Below are positions 17,810 through 27,588 of a stretch of 64,000 nt of DNA, piece after piece. The position numbers and the translations under genes were made by a program. The notes beneath the pieces are model-generated. The model had not been told where the DNA came from. It searched no databases and saw only the letters and a list, made by a program, of their open reading frames with translations. The stretch's first letter is position 1, and each line of letters opens with the position of its first letter. The stretch is from Bacteroidales bacterium (GTDB lineage: Bacteria; Bacteroidota; Bacteroidia; Bacteroidales; JAUNSR01), in contig JAVVQG010000003.1 in the NCBI GenBank assembly GCA_036655355.1, forward strand, positions 43,821 to 107,820, written 5' to 3'.

Positions 17810-18820
17810 ATGAGAATCGGTATATTGACCTCAGGAGGAGACTGTCCGGGCATCAACGCCACGATACGCGGTGTGGGCAAGACAGCGATTATGCACTTTG
17901 GAATGGAAGTTTTAGGTATCCATTCGGGGTACAAAGGGATTATCAATGAAGATGTGGAGCCTTTCACGGAAAGGTCACTATCGGGAATTCTGAATCTCGG
18001 AGGAACGATCCTCGGAACGTCCCGCGAGAAACCGTTTCGCAAGAAGCTGATGGCGAATGAAGACAATATCCAGGAGGAACTGTTGCGTAAATACCATGAA
18101 TTAGGCCTCGACTGCGTGGTTTGTATCGGAGGGAACGGCACGATGAAAACAGCTAATGTAATTTCCGAACTGGGAATGAATGTAGTGGCCGTACCCAAAA
18201 CGATCGACAACGATATTTGGGGAACCGATATAACATTCGGATTCAATACGGCTGTAAATATCGCCACCGAAGCGATAGACCGACTTCACTCCACAGCCAG
18301 TTCACACAAACGGGTGATGGTGATCGAGGTGATGGGACATCATGCGGGGTGGATCGGGCTTTATGCCGGCATGGCGGGCGGAGGAGATGTGATCTTACTG
18401 CCTGAACTGGGATACAACATCGACCGGGTGAATGAATTCGTCATGAATCGCGCGGAAAAAGGAAAACCGTATTCAATCGTAGTGGTTGCGGAAGGAATCG
18501 AGACTCCCTGCTCCAGCAAACCGGCCGAATACATCGCCAAGGCCATCAACAAAGCTACCGGAATGGAAACCAGAGAAACGGTGCTGGGACATATCCAACG
18601 GGGCGGAAACCCCTCTCCTTTCGACCGCAACCTGGCGACGCTGCTGGGCGGTCATGCTACGGAATTGATCTCAAGAGGTGAATTCGGAAAAATGGTCTGC
18701 GTGCACGGAAGTGAAATCAGCTCGGTTCCACTCTCTGAAGTCGCCAACAAAATCAAATATGTCCAAGAAGACAATCCGCTGATCGTACAAGGAAAACGAA
18801 TGGGAATCTGTTTCGGTTAA
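17810..18820 (+). CDS. pfkA: 6-phosphofructokinase
   Basis: 336 aa. MRIGILTSGGDCPGINA, PKTIDNDI and MGHHAGW are PFK family motifs. Confidence 0.9.
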   Translation: MRIGILTSGGDCPGINATIRGVGKTAIMHFGMEVLGIHSGYKGIINEDVEPFTERSLSGILNLGGTILGTSREKPFRKKLMANEDNIQEELLRKYHELGLDCVVCIGGNGTMKTANVISELGMNVVAVPKTIDNDIWGTDITFGFNTAVNIATEAIDRLHSTASSHKRVMVIEVMGHHAGWIGLYAGMAGGGDVILLPELGYNIDRVNEFVMNRAEKGKPYSIVVVAEGIETPCSSKPAEYIAKAINKATGMETRETVLGHIQRGGNPSPFDRNLATLLGGHATELISRGEFGKMVCVHGSEISSVPLSEVANKIKYVQEDNPLIVQGKRMGICFG

Positions 18821-20574
18821 TTAAATTGACAATGATACCATAACGTGTTCTTAAAGCGATCGAAGAGTTGTTTGGAAGCAATTCCTTGATTTTGCGATAC
18901 CATCTTCATTTTCAGAAACTCATTAAAATGATTCCGTGTTTGAGGGCGGATCGGATAGTTACGGCTCATCACGCGCTGATTCCCCATCTGAATCGCCATC
19001 AATACGGCTTCTTCATACACTCTCGGCATCTGTTGCTGCTTCCATCCGATCATCTCCAAAACAGAGAAAAACCGGTCTAGATCTTTATTTAGAAGGAGCG
19101 TACACAGCAGATAATCACGTGCAACCGTGTTATTCCCATCCCGATCCAGCAGACGTGCCAGATCGGATAGGAAAGGACGTGCTCCAAAGAAGAAATCGCC
19201 TTTCGAATTTTGATTTTCAAATTCAGAATCCCATGCTGCTTCTAACTTCCGAATCTCCTGAATCTTCGTTTTCACCCAGGAATCGTGTAATGTAGAACGA
19301 GAAAGTATTTTGATATATTTTCGGGCTAGAACAAATTCACCTTTCCGGATATAAAGAGAGATCAACGCCCGTAAGTTGCGGAAATTCACTCCCTGAGGGG
19401 CACCGGTATTCGCCTCGTAGTACATCTGCATGGCAGCATTGTACACTCCCAACGATTTATACAACTCTGCAGCCCATACCATTCGGATCGGTTGTGCTTT
19501 ATCGTCCAGTTTGAATGCCTGACTGTTATTTTGCGGATTATCAAAAAGTTTCTCGGGCAATATGCCTTGATTGGCACACGCCAGATTTGTAAAGAATAGC
19601 ATCTCTTGCGATTGAACCGGATGGTTTGACGCAAGACGAAGGATCTCGTTCCACTCCCCTTTATTAGCAGCTTGTCCCATCCGCAGACAATCCTCCACAG
19701 CGGATTCATCGAAATAAGTGCGCCAGGTTGTAAATGTAATCAGCGGCAACAGCACGAAAAGAATCAGATTGAGTCGTAAGGAGAGATTCCGTTCCGGAAG
19801 ATAACTCCGTACGAAAGTAGCGATCGGAAAAACCAGATAAACCGGAAGAAGGAATTTGAGGATATTGTTCGTCCCCGCCTCACTCATGACGGCCACATAA
19901 CTGCTGTTCGGAAAAGGGAAAAGAAATAACTGACAGCCACGCAATAGGATGAGGGCCAAAACGATTGAAAGAACCGCATGCACCAAAGCCGAATCACCTC
20001 CCTGCATCCGTCGGATTCCATACAAAGCAAACAGAAAGAGCAATAGTATTATCGGCGGAAATAGGAGAATCCAAAGCGGCATCAGGAACAATCCGTACCA
20101 CCGGGACGCACGCGTTCTATTTACATAAAACGCGGCACGTAAAGCCGTTACAAAAAATAGCATCTGAAAGGTATCGGTAAGCTGCCACTGTGTGGAGGTT
20201 TGTAGTATTCCCAACAAAAGAACAATTGTCGTTGAAATAACAGGCAACCCATTTTTACGTATCTGCAATCCAAACGACCGAATTGCGGACCAGATGAGTA
20301 GCATAAAGAGCGATTGAAGAAGTGCTCCGACGACCTGCCAACGATAGAATTGCGATACAAAGGCACCCAAATACGCGCTCAGACCACCGGGACGGGTAAG
20401 AAAAGGCAGGAAGAATTCGCCGCTTCCATCAAAATAGCTCCGCTCTTCTATGAGCAAAAGGTGACCGGGATACCTCAGATACCAGAAAACAAAAAGCGAT
20501 ATGAGAAAGGGAGCGACCAAGGTCGATATCCCGAACGTGCTATTTAAAGTGCGACGGTTAACGTTGTTTTTCAT
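18817..20574 (-). CDS. Polytopic membrane protein with a C-terminal soluble helical domain, function unknown (DUF6057-like, from memory)
   Basis: 585 aa. About 9 hydrophobic helices fill the first ~290 aa, followed by ~300 aa of helical/TPR-like sequence. It lies downstream of the CXXCH lipoprotein gene across a 62-bp gap. Confidence 0.55.
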   Translation of the reverse strand: MKNNVNRRTLNSTFGISTLVAPFLISLFVFWYLRYPGHLLLIEERSYFDGSGEFFLPFLTRPGGLSAYLGAFVSQFYRWQVVGALLQSLFMLLIWSAIRSFGLQIRKNGLPVISTTIVLLLGILQTSTQWQLTDTFQMLFFVTALRAAFYVNRTRASRWYGLFLMPLWILLFPPIILLLFLFALYGIRRMQGGDSALVHAVLSIVLALILLRGCQLFLFPFPNSSYVAVMSEAGTNNILKFLLPVYLVFPIATFVRSYLPERNLSLRLNLILFVLLPLITFTTWRTYFDESAVEDCLRMGQAANKGEWNEILRLASNHPVQSQEMLFFTNLACANQGILPEKLFDNPQNNSQAFKLDDKAQPIRMVWAAELYKSLGVYNAAMQMYYEANTGAPQGVNFRNLRALISLYIRKGEFVLARKYIKILSRSTLHDSWVKTKIQEIRKLEAAWDSEFENQNSKGDFFFGARPFLSDLARLLDRDGNNTVARDYLLCTLLLNKDLDRFFSVLEMIGWKQQQMPRVYEEAVLMAIQMGNQRVMSRNYPIRPQTRNHFNEFLKMKMVSQNQGIASKQLFDRFKNTLWYHCQFN

Positions 20575-20636
20575 GAATATTAAATTACATCATAACTGGA
20601 TAAACTCATAAGCGGCGATTCGTATCGAGAGCGAGC

Positions 20637-22091
20637 CTAATCGGCCTGCTTTGGGGAGAGGTCATTAATAGACGCAGCCAATTCATACTCCTTCATCTCA
20701 ACCTTTCCTTTTATGAATTCAGGAATGTTATAGGATTTCAGGAATAACGTATTCTGCTCTGGATCCTTTTGTGGTAGAAGGAACGGTTTATGCATCTTAC
20801 CCGCTTTGTCAAAATAAGCGATGAACAAACGGGTATAACGACCGTCGAAACGACGGCTGCTAAAGATGACCCATCTGCCGGAAGAGGACCAGGAGTGATA
20901 ACTCTCCACGTCATCACTATTCAAGGATGAAACATCAACGGGTTCCATCGATTGGGTATCAATCATGTGCAGGTCGGCTTCTTTATGCCAAATCGGGAAG
21001 GTTCCATAATCGCTCAGGGTGTATAACAGGTATCTTCCGTCGGGAGACAAACGGGGGAAGGAGGCACTCTTCCGGATGCTATCGCCATCTAAAATCAACT
21101 CCGTGCTCTTTCCGAATTGACCCGTTTCGGCATCAAAGCCGATCCGATAGATCGAGTAACGTGCTTTCTCTACTTCAAAAGGCATTTCCCGGGCTCCACT
21201 CCGGCAGAAATAGAGCCATTTTCCATCCGGAGACCAGGCTGGGAAGGTTTCCCACTGATCTTTTTGGTTAAAACGAGGATCCGTATGCACCTTTTGCTGC
21301 TCCACATCATACAAAATAAGATCAGATTCCAAATCGTACACCTCGATTTTCTTTTCTTGAAAAGCATGAAAAGCTTGTCTGGTTGTATTATCCGAAAGGA
21401 TGATATAACGTCCGGAGGGATGCCACATCGGATACGTACCGTTCCCAATGCTCTTCTTTGTCTTCAGATTCATCTTTTCAATCTTACCGTCACGCTGAAT
21501 CACGGTTCCACCACCACTTTTTCTGAGATGGAACATCCACCGTTGGGGCGAGTAGTTATGAAAAGAGTGGCAATTGACGCACCCTTTATCGAGCAGATCA
21601 TTCTCAATAATGGCATCCTCTTTGAATGAAGCTAAATCCCGTTGATAAATACCCATTTTACCCCAACGCTCGTATCCGGGCTCTATGAGACGATACGCAA
21701 TATGGGAATCAATCGAGTCGCTGCTTACGGAGATATCGAACGACAGATATCGTCTCCATTTGGATTCTCCGGGATGCTGAGCCGTGATCCGAACGGATAT
21801 TTTTTTCCCTTTAGCCTGCTGAAGCAGCGCTTTCCATTTATTCAAAGGGATATTAAAATGCGATTTACCTGCTACCCGGAAAAGCGTCGTTTCATCCGTA
21901 CCGAACTCGGCGATCGCCTGAGAGGTTCCTGGAATCCGGAAATTCAGAGGAGCTATATTGCAGGGTATCGTTACTCCTGCATAATCGGGGAACAAGGCGG
22001 GATATTGTTGGATCTCCTCTACGTCTCGAGGATCAGGGGTACAAGAGGTCAGGCACCAAATAAGCAACAGTAATTTCAGGTATTGAGACAT
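20637..22091 (-). CDS. Lipoprotein with a single CXXCH motif and TolB/PD40-like beta-propeller repeats, function unknown
   Basis: 484 aa with lipobox LTSC. CVNCH is encoded at 21567-21581. Repeated WHPSGRY/WSPDGKWLYF/LSPDGRYLLY/WSSSGRWVIF motifs are typical of PD40/TolB blades. Confidence 0.55.
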   Translation of the reverse strand: MSQYLKLLLLIWCLTSCTPDPRDVEEIQQYPALFPDYAGVTIPCNIAPLNFRIPGTSQAIAEFGTDETTLFRVAGKSHFNIPLNKWKALLQQAKGKKISVRITAQHPGESKWRRYLSFDISVSSDSIDSHIAYRLIEPGYERWGKMGIYQRDLASFKEDAIIENDLLDKGCVNCHSFHNYSPQRWMFHLRKSGGGTVIQRDGKIEKMNLKTKKSIGNGTYPMWHPSGRYIILSDNTTRQAFHAFQEKKIEVYDLESDLILYDVEQQKVHTDPRFNQKDQWETFPAWSPDGKWLYFCRSGAREMPFEVEKARYSIYRIGFDAETGQFGKSTELILDGDSIRKSASFPRLSPDGRYLLYTLSDYGTFPIWHKEADLHMIDTQSMEPVDVSSLNSDDVESYHSWSSSGRWVIFSSRRFDGRYTRLFIAYFDKAGKMHKPFLLPQKDPEQNTLFLKSYNIPEFIKGKVEMKEYELAASINDLSPKQAD

Positions 22092-22115
22092 TTGTCAATT
22101 TTAATGTATTTAATG

Positions 22116-22123
22116 CAAATATA
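22116..22123 (-). promoter_or_regulatory. -7 box TATATTTG for the lipoprotein/membrane-protein operon
   Basis: Exact match on the minus strand, 25 nt upstream of the start at 22091. Confidence 0.5.
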
Positions 22124-22140
22124 GCAAAATACGCTACAAC

Positions 22141-22187
22141 CAAAAAAAATGGCTCCCTTTCCTGATACATCCTGGAAAGGGAGCCAT
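22141..22187 (-). terminator. Intrinsic terminator downstream of rnc
   Basis: A 14-bp stem, atggctccctttcc (22149-22162) with ggaaagggagccat (22174-22187). On the minus strand it is followed by a T8 run (22141-22149 is A-rich on the plus strand). Confidence 0.75.
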
Positions 22188-22236
22188 TTTCTTAGACTCG
22201 GCAAGTTGGAAACCCGCAAGTGTGATTCGGAAGGAA

Positions 22237-23124
22237 TCATGCTTCCTGAGACTCCTCCTTCACGACAGCGGTTGTTTCATTTGAATCAGACGAAAACTCG
22301 TTCTGATCAACACCCTTGTCGGTTATTTCTTGTTCTGCTTCCTCACGCAGGCGAATCTCCTCGCGAGCAGAAGCCAGTGCATCCTGGAAGGTCTTATCGC
22401 TCTGAATTTTCTTCAGAGTGGCCTTTGCTGCATTCTGTTGCGATTCTTTTTTGGAATAACCCGTGCCGATACCGCCCGGAATATCACAAACTAGAATCTG
22501 CGTCTGGAAAACAGGATTATTATCACCGTCTGTAAAGGACTCGATCAATTCGAATTCAATCTTCACCTTATTTTTCTGGCTCCATTCGATTAATTTCGAT
22601 TTGAAGTTCACTTCCTTTCGTGCAATCTGCGCCAGATTCAAATAAGGCGCAATCACCCGTTCGTCGATGAATTTTTTACATACGTCGTATCCCTGATCGA
22701 TATAGATCGCTCCGATAAATGCTTCGAAAGCATTTCCGTACATATAATTGTTATGCGAACTTGTCCGAGTAGAGGATACCACCAATTTATCAAGGCCCAA
22801 TTCGAGGGCCAGTTTATTCAGAGTTTCGCGTTGCACGATTTTGGAACGGGTATTGGTGAGGAACCCCTCCTTTTTCGTTTCAAATTCATGAAACACCACA
22901 TCCGCGATGATTGCGTCGAGTACCGCATCGCCCAGAAATTCAAGTCGTTCGTTATTGATCCATTTCCCTTTTTCAGTTTTAATGGAAGAGGAACGATGCA
23001 GAAAAGCCTGTTCGTAAATACTCAGATCATCGGGCATAAACCCCAAAATACGATAGTAAACGGAATAAGGCTCCTTCGACCGGAGCCGCAAGAGCCTTAT
23101 TCTATTGTAGATTGCCTTTAGCAC
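22237..23124 (-). CDS. rnc: Ribonuclease III
   Basis: 295 aa. It has the signature ERLEFLGDAVLD and a dsRBD, plus an N-terminal extension and an acidic C-terminal tail. It is the third gene of acpP-fabF-rnc. Confidence 0.9.
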   Translation of the reverse strand: MLKAIYNRIRLLRLRSKEPYSVYYRILGFMPDDLSIYEQAFLHRSSSIKTEKGKWINNERLEFLGDAVLDAIIADVVFHEFETKKEGFLTNTRSKIVQRETLNKLALELGLDKLVVSSTRTSSHNNYMYGNAFEAFIGAIYIDQGYDVCKKFIDERVIAPYLNLAQIARKEVNFKSKLIEWSQKNKVKIEFELIESFTDGDNNPVFQTQILVCDIPGGIGTGYSKKESQQNAAKATLKKIQSDKTFQDALASAREEIRLREEAEQEITDKGVDQNEFSSDSNETTAVVKEESQEA

Positions 23125-23130
23125 AATACT

Positions 23131-24387
23131 TTACTTTACAAATTTCTTAACGATGATACTTGCATTGTGGCCACCGAAACCAAAAGTATTCGATAGAGCT
23201 ACATTTACCGTACGTTTCTGTGCCTTGTTAAAGGTAAAGTTCAGCTTGTAGTCGATTTCCGGATCCTCATCACCCTCTTCGTGGTTGATTGTAGGAGGAA
23301 TCATATCGGTTTCTACAGCTTTCACACACACCATCGCTTCCAAAGCGCCGGCTGCACCCAAAAGGTGACCCGTCATAGACTTTGTAGAGCTGATGTTCAA
23401 CTCATATGCATGGTCGCCGAATACTTCTTTGATCGCTTTCGCTTCAGAAATATCTCCGACCGGAGTTGATGTTCCGTGTACGTTAATATAGTCAACAGCT
23501 TCAGGAGCTAATTCAGCGTCCTCCAAAGCGTTTTTCATTACCAGGATGGCACCCAAACCTTCCGGATGAGTAGCCGTCAGATGATATGCATCCGCCGACA
23601 TTCCACCGCCAACAACCTCAGCATAGATTTTTGCTCCGCGAGCCAAAGCATGTTCCATCTCCTCAAGGATCAGTCCGCAAGAACCTTCTCCCATTACAAA
23701 ACCGTCACGTGAAGCGCTGAAAGGACGAGAAGCCTTCGTCGCATCGTCGTTACGGGTTGAAAGAGCATGCATTGAGTTAAATCCACCTACACCTCCTACT
23801 GAGATAGCTGCTTCCGCTCCTCCGGTTACGATAACGTTAGCCTTATTCAGACGAATCAGGTTAAACGCATCGATGATGCCGTTTGTTGATGAAGCACATG
23901 CCGATACCGTCGCATAGTTCGGTCCGTGGAAACCATAAATCATGGAAATATGACCTGCCGCGATATCCGCAATCATCTTCGGAATAAAAAACGGATTGAA
24001 TTTTGGACCAACTTCTTCGTTGTAACCGCCCACTTCCTGTTCGAAAGTGCGGATACCGCCGATACCTGCCGAGAACACAACCCCTACTTTATTTTTGTCA
24101 ACCGTCTCCAGGTCAAGACCTGAATCTTCAATCGCTTCCTTAGCGGCAGCGATACCCAGTTGCGCATAACGGTCATACTTACGTACTTCCTTCTTTTCAA
24201 AATATTGTAGCGGATCGAAATCCTTCACTTCGCAAGCAAACTGCGTTTTAAACTTAGAAGCGTCAAAATGAGTAATAGGTCCGGCACCACTTACTCCGTT
24301 AAGCAGGGCATTCCATGTCTCATCAACATTGTGCCCAAGCGGGGTAATTGCTCCCAGACCTGTTACTACTACTCTTTTTAATTCCAT
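23131..24387 (-). CDS. fabF: Beta-ketoacyl-ACP synthase II
   Basis: 418 aa. The active-site Cys sits in SACASS, with HGTSTPVGD and GHLLGAAG His motifs. Confidence 0.92.
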   Translation of the reverse strand: MELKRVVVTGLGAITPLGHNVDETWNALLNGVSGAGPITHFDASKFKTQFACEVKDFDPLQYFEKKEVRKYDRYAQLGIAAAKEAIEDSGLDLETVDKNKVGVVFSAGIGGIRTFEQEVGGYNEEVGPKFNPFFIPKMIADIAAGHISMIYGFHGPNYATVSACASSTNGIIDAFNLIRLNKANVIVTGGAEAAISVGGVGGFNSMHALSTRNDDATKASRPFSASRDGFVMGEGSCGLILEEMEHALARGAKIYAEVVGGGMSADAYHLTATHPEGLGAILVMKNALEDAELAPEAVDYINVHGTSTPVGDISEAKAIKEVFGDHAYELNISSTKSMTGHLLGAAGALEAMVCVKAVETDMIPPTINHEEGDEDPEIDYKLNFTFNKAQKRTVNVALSNTFGFGGHNASIIVKKFVK

Positions 24388-24407
24388 AGTTGAATTTTAG
24401 AGTAAGA

Positions 24408-24644
24408 TTATTTCGCGTTAGCTTCGATGTAAGTGATAGCGTCGCCTACAGTACCGATTTTCTCAGCCTGATCATCTGGAATAGTGATGTTGAATTCTTT
24501 TTCGAATTCCATGATCAATTCCACAGTATCCAATGAGTCAGCACCCAAGTCGTTTGTGAAGCTTGCTTCAGGTGTAACTTCTGATTCTTCTACTCCCAAT
24601 TTATCTACGATAATCTCTTTTACTCTTGATGCAATTTCAGACAT
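24408..24644 (-). CDS. acpP: Acyl carrier protein
   Basis: 78 aa. [16 protein letters not shown] contains the phosphopantetheine-attachment Ser. Confidence 0.95.
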   Translation of the reverse strand: MSEIASRVKEIIVDKLGVEESEVTPEASFTNDLGADSLDTVELIMEFEKEFNITIPDDQAEKIGTVGDAITYIEANAK

Positions 24645-24793
24645 AACTTATAGTTTTTAGTTAATTAATAAATTTACTTTCTTATTTTTGCACTGCAAAG
24701 AAATACATTTTTCTCGATACAAAACAAATATTTGCGCCACAAAATACAGAATTCTGCACATAAAACTTCAAATTGTGCATCAAACTTTACCAA

Positions 24794-25363
24794 ATGAAGA
24801 AAAGAATCGCCATTTTCGCTTCAGGTTCGGGATCAAATGCGGAGAATATCGCCCGATATTTCGCTCAAAATGAAAAAATTGAGATCTCCCTGATAGTTTC
24901 AAACAAAAACGATGCTTATGTTCTCCAACGAGCCGAAAACCTCGGAATTCCGGCTGTCGTAGTCACAGGAAAAGAGATGAACGATTCAGAGAGATTGCTT
25001 TCCACGCTGAAAGCGTACGATATCAACTTCATTGTGTTGGCAGGCTATCTTTTAAAAATCCCCGCTTACTTGATTGAAGCTTTCCCGCACGCCATCGTGA
25101 ATATCCACCCCGCCCTTCTCCCTGACTTCGGAGGCAAGGGTATGTATGGGGATAACGTCCACAAGGCAGTAGTGGCAGCCGGAAAACGTGAATCGGGTAT
25201 CACCATCCATTTCGTAAACGAAAACTACGATGAAGGCGCAATCATTTTCCAGGAAAAATGCGAAGTATTGCCTTCAGACACTTACAAGGAGGTAGCCGAA
25301 AAGGTACACACCTTGGAATATGCCCACTTTCCCGAAGTGATCAAACGAATTTGTGAAGCTTAA
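24794..25363 (+). CDS. purN: Phosphoribosylglycinamide formyltransferase
   Basis: MKKRIAIFASGSGSNAENI and NIHPALLP are present. The track ORF starts earlier (24773), but the ATG at 24794 gives the canonical N-terminus. Confidence 0.88.
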   Translation: MKKRIAIFASGSGSNAENIARYFAQNEKIEISLIVSNKNDAYVLQRAENLGIPAVVVTGKEMNDSERLLSTLKAYDINFIVLAGYLLKIPAYLIEAFPHAIVNIHPALLPDFGGKGMYGDNVHKAVVAAGKRESGITIHFVNENYDEGAIIFQEKCEVLPSDTYKEVAEKVHTLEYAHFPEVIKRICEA

Positions 25364-25378
25364 AACCGCTTTTTACAG

Positions 25379-25426
25379 AACAGCGTTCAAATCTCCGGTT
25401 GACCGGAAATTTGAACGCTGTTTTTA
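25379..25426 (+). terminator. Intrinsic terminator after purN
   Basis: A 14-bp stem, aacagcgttcaaat (25379-25392) with atttgaacgctgtt (25409-25422), plus inner tccgg/ccgga pairing and then a T-run. Confidence 0.8.
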
Positions 25427-25433
25427 TTTTCAC

Positions 25434-26552
25434 CTATTCTTTCACGTCGAATCCGAGTTCGCGAAAGAGGGACTGTTCCCGAAGCGGGGTATTATATAAG
25501 GTATAAGCGGAATATTCTCGACGCAACGGGTAATCTCCGCGTTGTTTCTCGAATGTTTCCGGACTCTCCCTCAACCGGGCGGAATCTTCCCTTGGATCGT
25601 AGGTACGTAAGAGCGCCTCAACCTCCGGGTTTGCATCGTACTGACTCAGATCGATCACCGGATTCTGTGCTGCCGGCGGTTGAATGGAGGAAAGGTCGGG
25701 GTGTAAGCCGAAGAACCGCGCGATGTGCTCTACGGCCATCCGGGTAGCGTTCGACTTTCCGTCTGCCGAATATCCTGCGATATGGGGCGTGGAAAGATAT
25801 GTTTTCGCCAATAGCTCCCGATTGATTTTGGGTTCGTGTTCCCAACAGTCGATAATCATTTCAGAAATACGCTGCTCCTCATACGCCTTCATCATCGCCT
25901 TTTCATCAATCACCTCACCGCGTGCGGCATTGATAATGACGGGGTTATTTCCCAGTTTACTGAAAAACGACTCATCCGCCAAATGCTGGGTTGGATGGGC
26001 TCCTTCTCGGATCAAAGGGGTATGGAACGTGATTACGTCGCATTCGCGCGCAATGGTTTCCAAATCTACAAAATCCGCATCCCCTTCCGCTTCGGCTCTG
26101 GGCGGGTCGTTGCGCAGGATATTCATACCCGCGATACGGCAAACCCGTTCTACCGCTTTCCCCACGTTGCCCACTCCCACGATTCCGAGTGTTTTCCCGC
26201 GCAACGTTTCATTACGCTGACTCATCAACAACGATAAGGCGGAGAGCACATACTGCCCCACCGAAGAGGCATTGCAGCCCGGGGCACTTTTCCATACGAT
26301 CCCCTTGCGTTCACAATACGCACGGTCGATGTGGTCATAGCCTATTGTGGCCGTAGCGATCATTTTCACATTACTGCCCTCCAAGAGAGCCGCATCGCAT
26401 TTGGTTCGGGTACGAATAATCAAGGCATCCGCATCCCTTACGGCGTCGGCATCGATCTTTTCGGGCGACAGGTAGATCATCTCGGCAAACGGTTCAAGCA
26501 CACCTTCCAAGAAAGGAATCTTCGAATCCGCCACAATCTTCAATTTCTTCAT
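25434..26552 (-). CDS. pdxB: 4-phosphoerythronate dehydrogenase
   Basis: 372 aa. It has the D-2-hydroxyacid dehydrogenase fold with GIVGVGNVG, a PdxB-type N-terminus (KIVADSKIPF) and a C-terminal dimerisation extension. Confidence 0.75.
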   Translation of the reverse strand: MKKLKIVADSKIPFLEGVLEPFAEMIYLSPEKIDADAVRDADALIIRTRTKCDAALLEGSNVKMIATATIGYDHIDRAYCERKGIVWKSAPGCNASSVGQYVLSALSLLMSQRNETLRGKTLGIVGVGNVGKAVERVCRIAGMNILRNDPPRAEAEGDADFVDLETIARECDVITFHTPLIREGAHPTQHLADESFFSKLGNNPVIINAARGEVIDEKAMMKAYEEQRISEMIIDCWEHEPKINRELLAKTYLSTPHIAGYSADGKSNATRMAVEHIARFFGLHPDLSSIQPPAAQNPVIDLSQYDANPEVEALLRTYDPREDSARLRESPETFEKQRGDYPLRREYSAYTLYNTPLREQSLFRELGFDVKE

Positions 26553-26628
26553 AACACGTTTTCTTTCAGGCTGTTTTTCAGCAAAAGCCAGTATTAAAAC
26601 AAGGGAGTTGACAAATAAGTTTATAGAA

Positions 26629-27369
26629 TCAGATCTTGTCTCTTCTTTTTGTAATCTTCAACCAGTAATATTTTACCGGATTCGTATATTTCAGCAACTT
26701 CCACGGACGACTGCTGTGCGGACGATGCCAAACCGGCAGGTTCGTAAACAGGTAGTTCGTGAATCCCTCCTTGAGCGACTGGCGCGAGATGGTGACATCA
26801 TGCCAATTCTTTTCCGGGTTCAACGTAGCAAAATCAAACTTGCGAAGGTAATTCAGCGTAAGCAACGAACAACAGAAACTGAGGTGCTTACGGGTTGGGT
26901 AGGCACTGTTTTCTTTTCCTTTGGCGAAAAGATAGGGGTAGTTGATCGCTCCCGTCTCATCCACCGTAGCCGACGCCGCAATTCCACAATCGGGACGGTT
27001 TTTCGCCTCCTCGAACAAACGCTGCACCGTATCGCTCTTCACAACTACGTCCGACTCGATAATCAACAGTCCCGCTCCGGCCGAAATCGCTTTTTTCTGT
27101 GCGGTACGCAATACCAACAGGTAATTGGGAGACGGATTGGTGGTGATATCTTCCAGATTAACAAGCGTGAAACCGTATTTGGCCGCGGCATCTTTTAGAA
27201 TCGTGGTATTTTCAGGGGTACTGAAGTCGTTGTATATCGTATATTCGAATGGTACGGATACCGTTGAATTCATCACCGCTTCGATCGTCTGAAGCGTCAG
27301 CTCGATCGAATCCTTGACGGGTGTGATTATATGTAATGCTTCCATTTGCTCTTTTAATTTAGGTGACAA
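26629..27369 (-). CDS. GT-A fold glycosyltransferase (GT2-like)
   Basis: 246 aa. HIITPVKDS...YNDFS and IIESDVVV follow a GT-A-like pattern. The true start may be the internal Met (MEALHI..). Confidence 0.5.
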   Translation of the reverse strand: MSPKLKEQMEALHIITPVKDSIELTLQTIEAVMNSTVSVPFEYTIYNDFSTPENTTILKDAAAKYGFTLVNLEDITTNPSPNYLLVLRTAQKKAISAGAGLLIIESDVVVKSDTVQRLFEEAKNRPDCGIAASATVDETGAINYPYLFAKGKENSAYPTRKHLSFCCSLLTLNYLRKFDFATLNPEKNWHDVTISRQSLKEGFTNYLFTNLPVWHRPHSSRPWKLLKYTNPVKYYWLKITKRRDKI

Positions 27370-27455
27370 AGGTAGTAAAATCTTGAAAAATCACTCAATG
27401 AGGAGATTAATCGCTATTTTTCACACATTCTAGAGTGCCGTTCTCAAAAAAAAAT

Positions 27456-27463
27456 TAATTTTG
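27456..27463 (+). promoter_or_regulatory. -7 box TAATTTTG upstream of the GT2 gene
   Basis: Exact TAnnTTTG match. It implies a ~120-nt leader before the ATG at 27589. Confidence 0.4.
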
Positions 27464-27588
27464 CGCCACTGTTTTCCAACAAAAAGACAGATCTCTGTCT
27501 AAACCGACACCTTATAATCGTTGATAACATATCATTTTACCATGAATAATGTCGATTACTGCATAGTATCAAATTTATTCCAATCATT

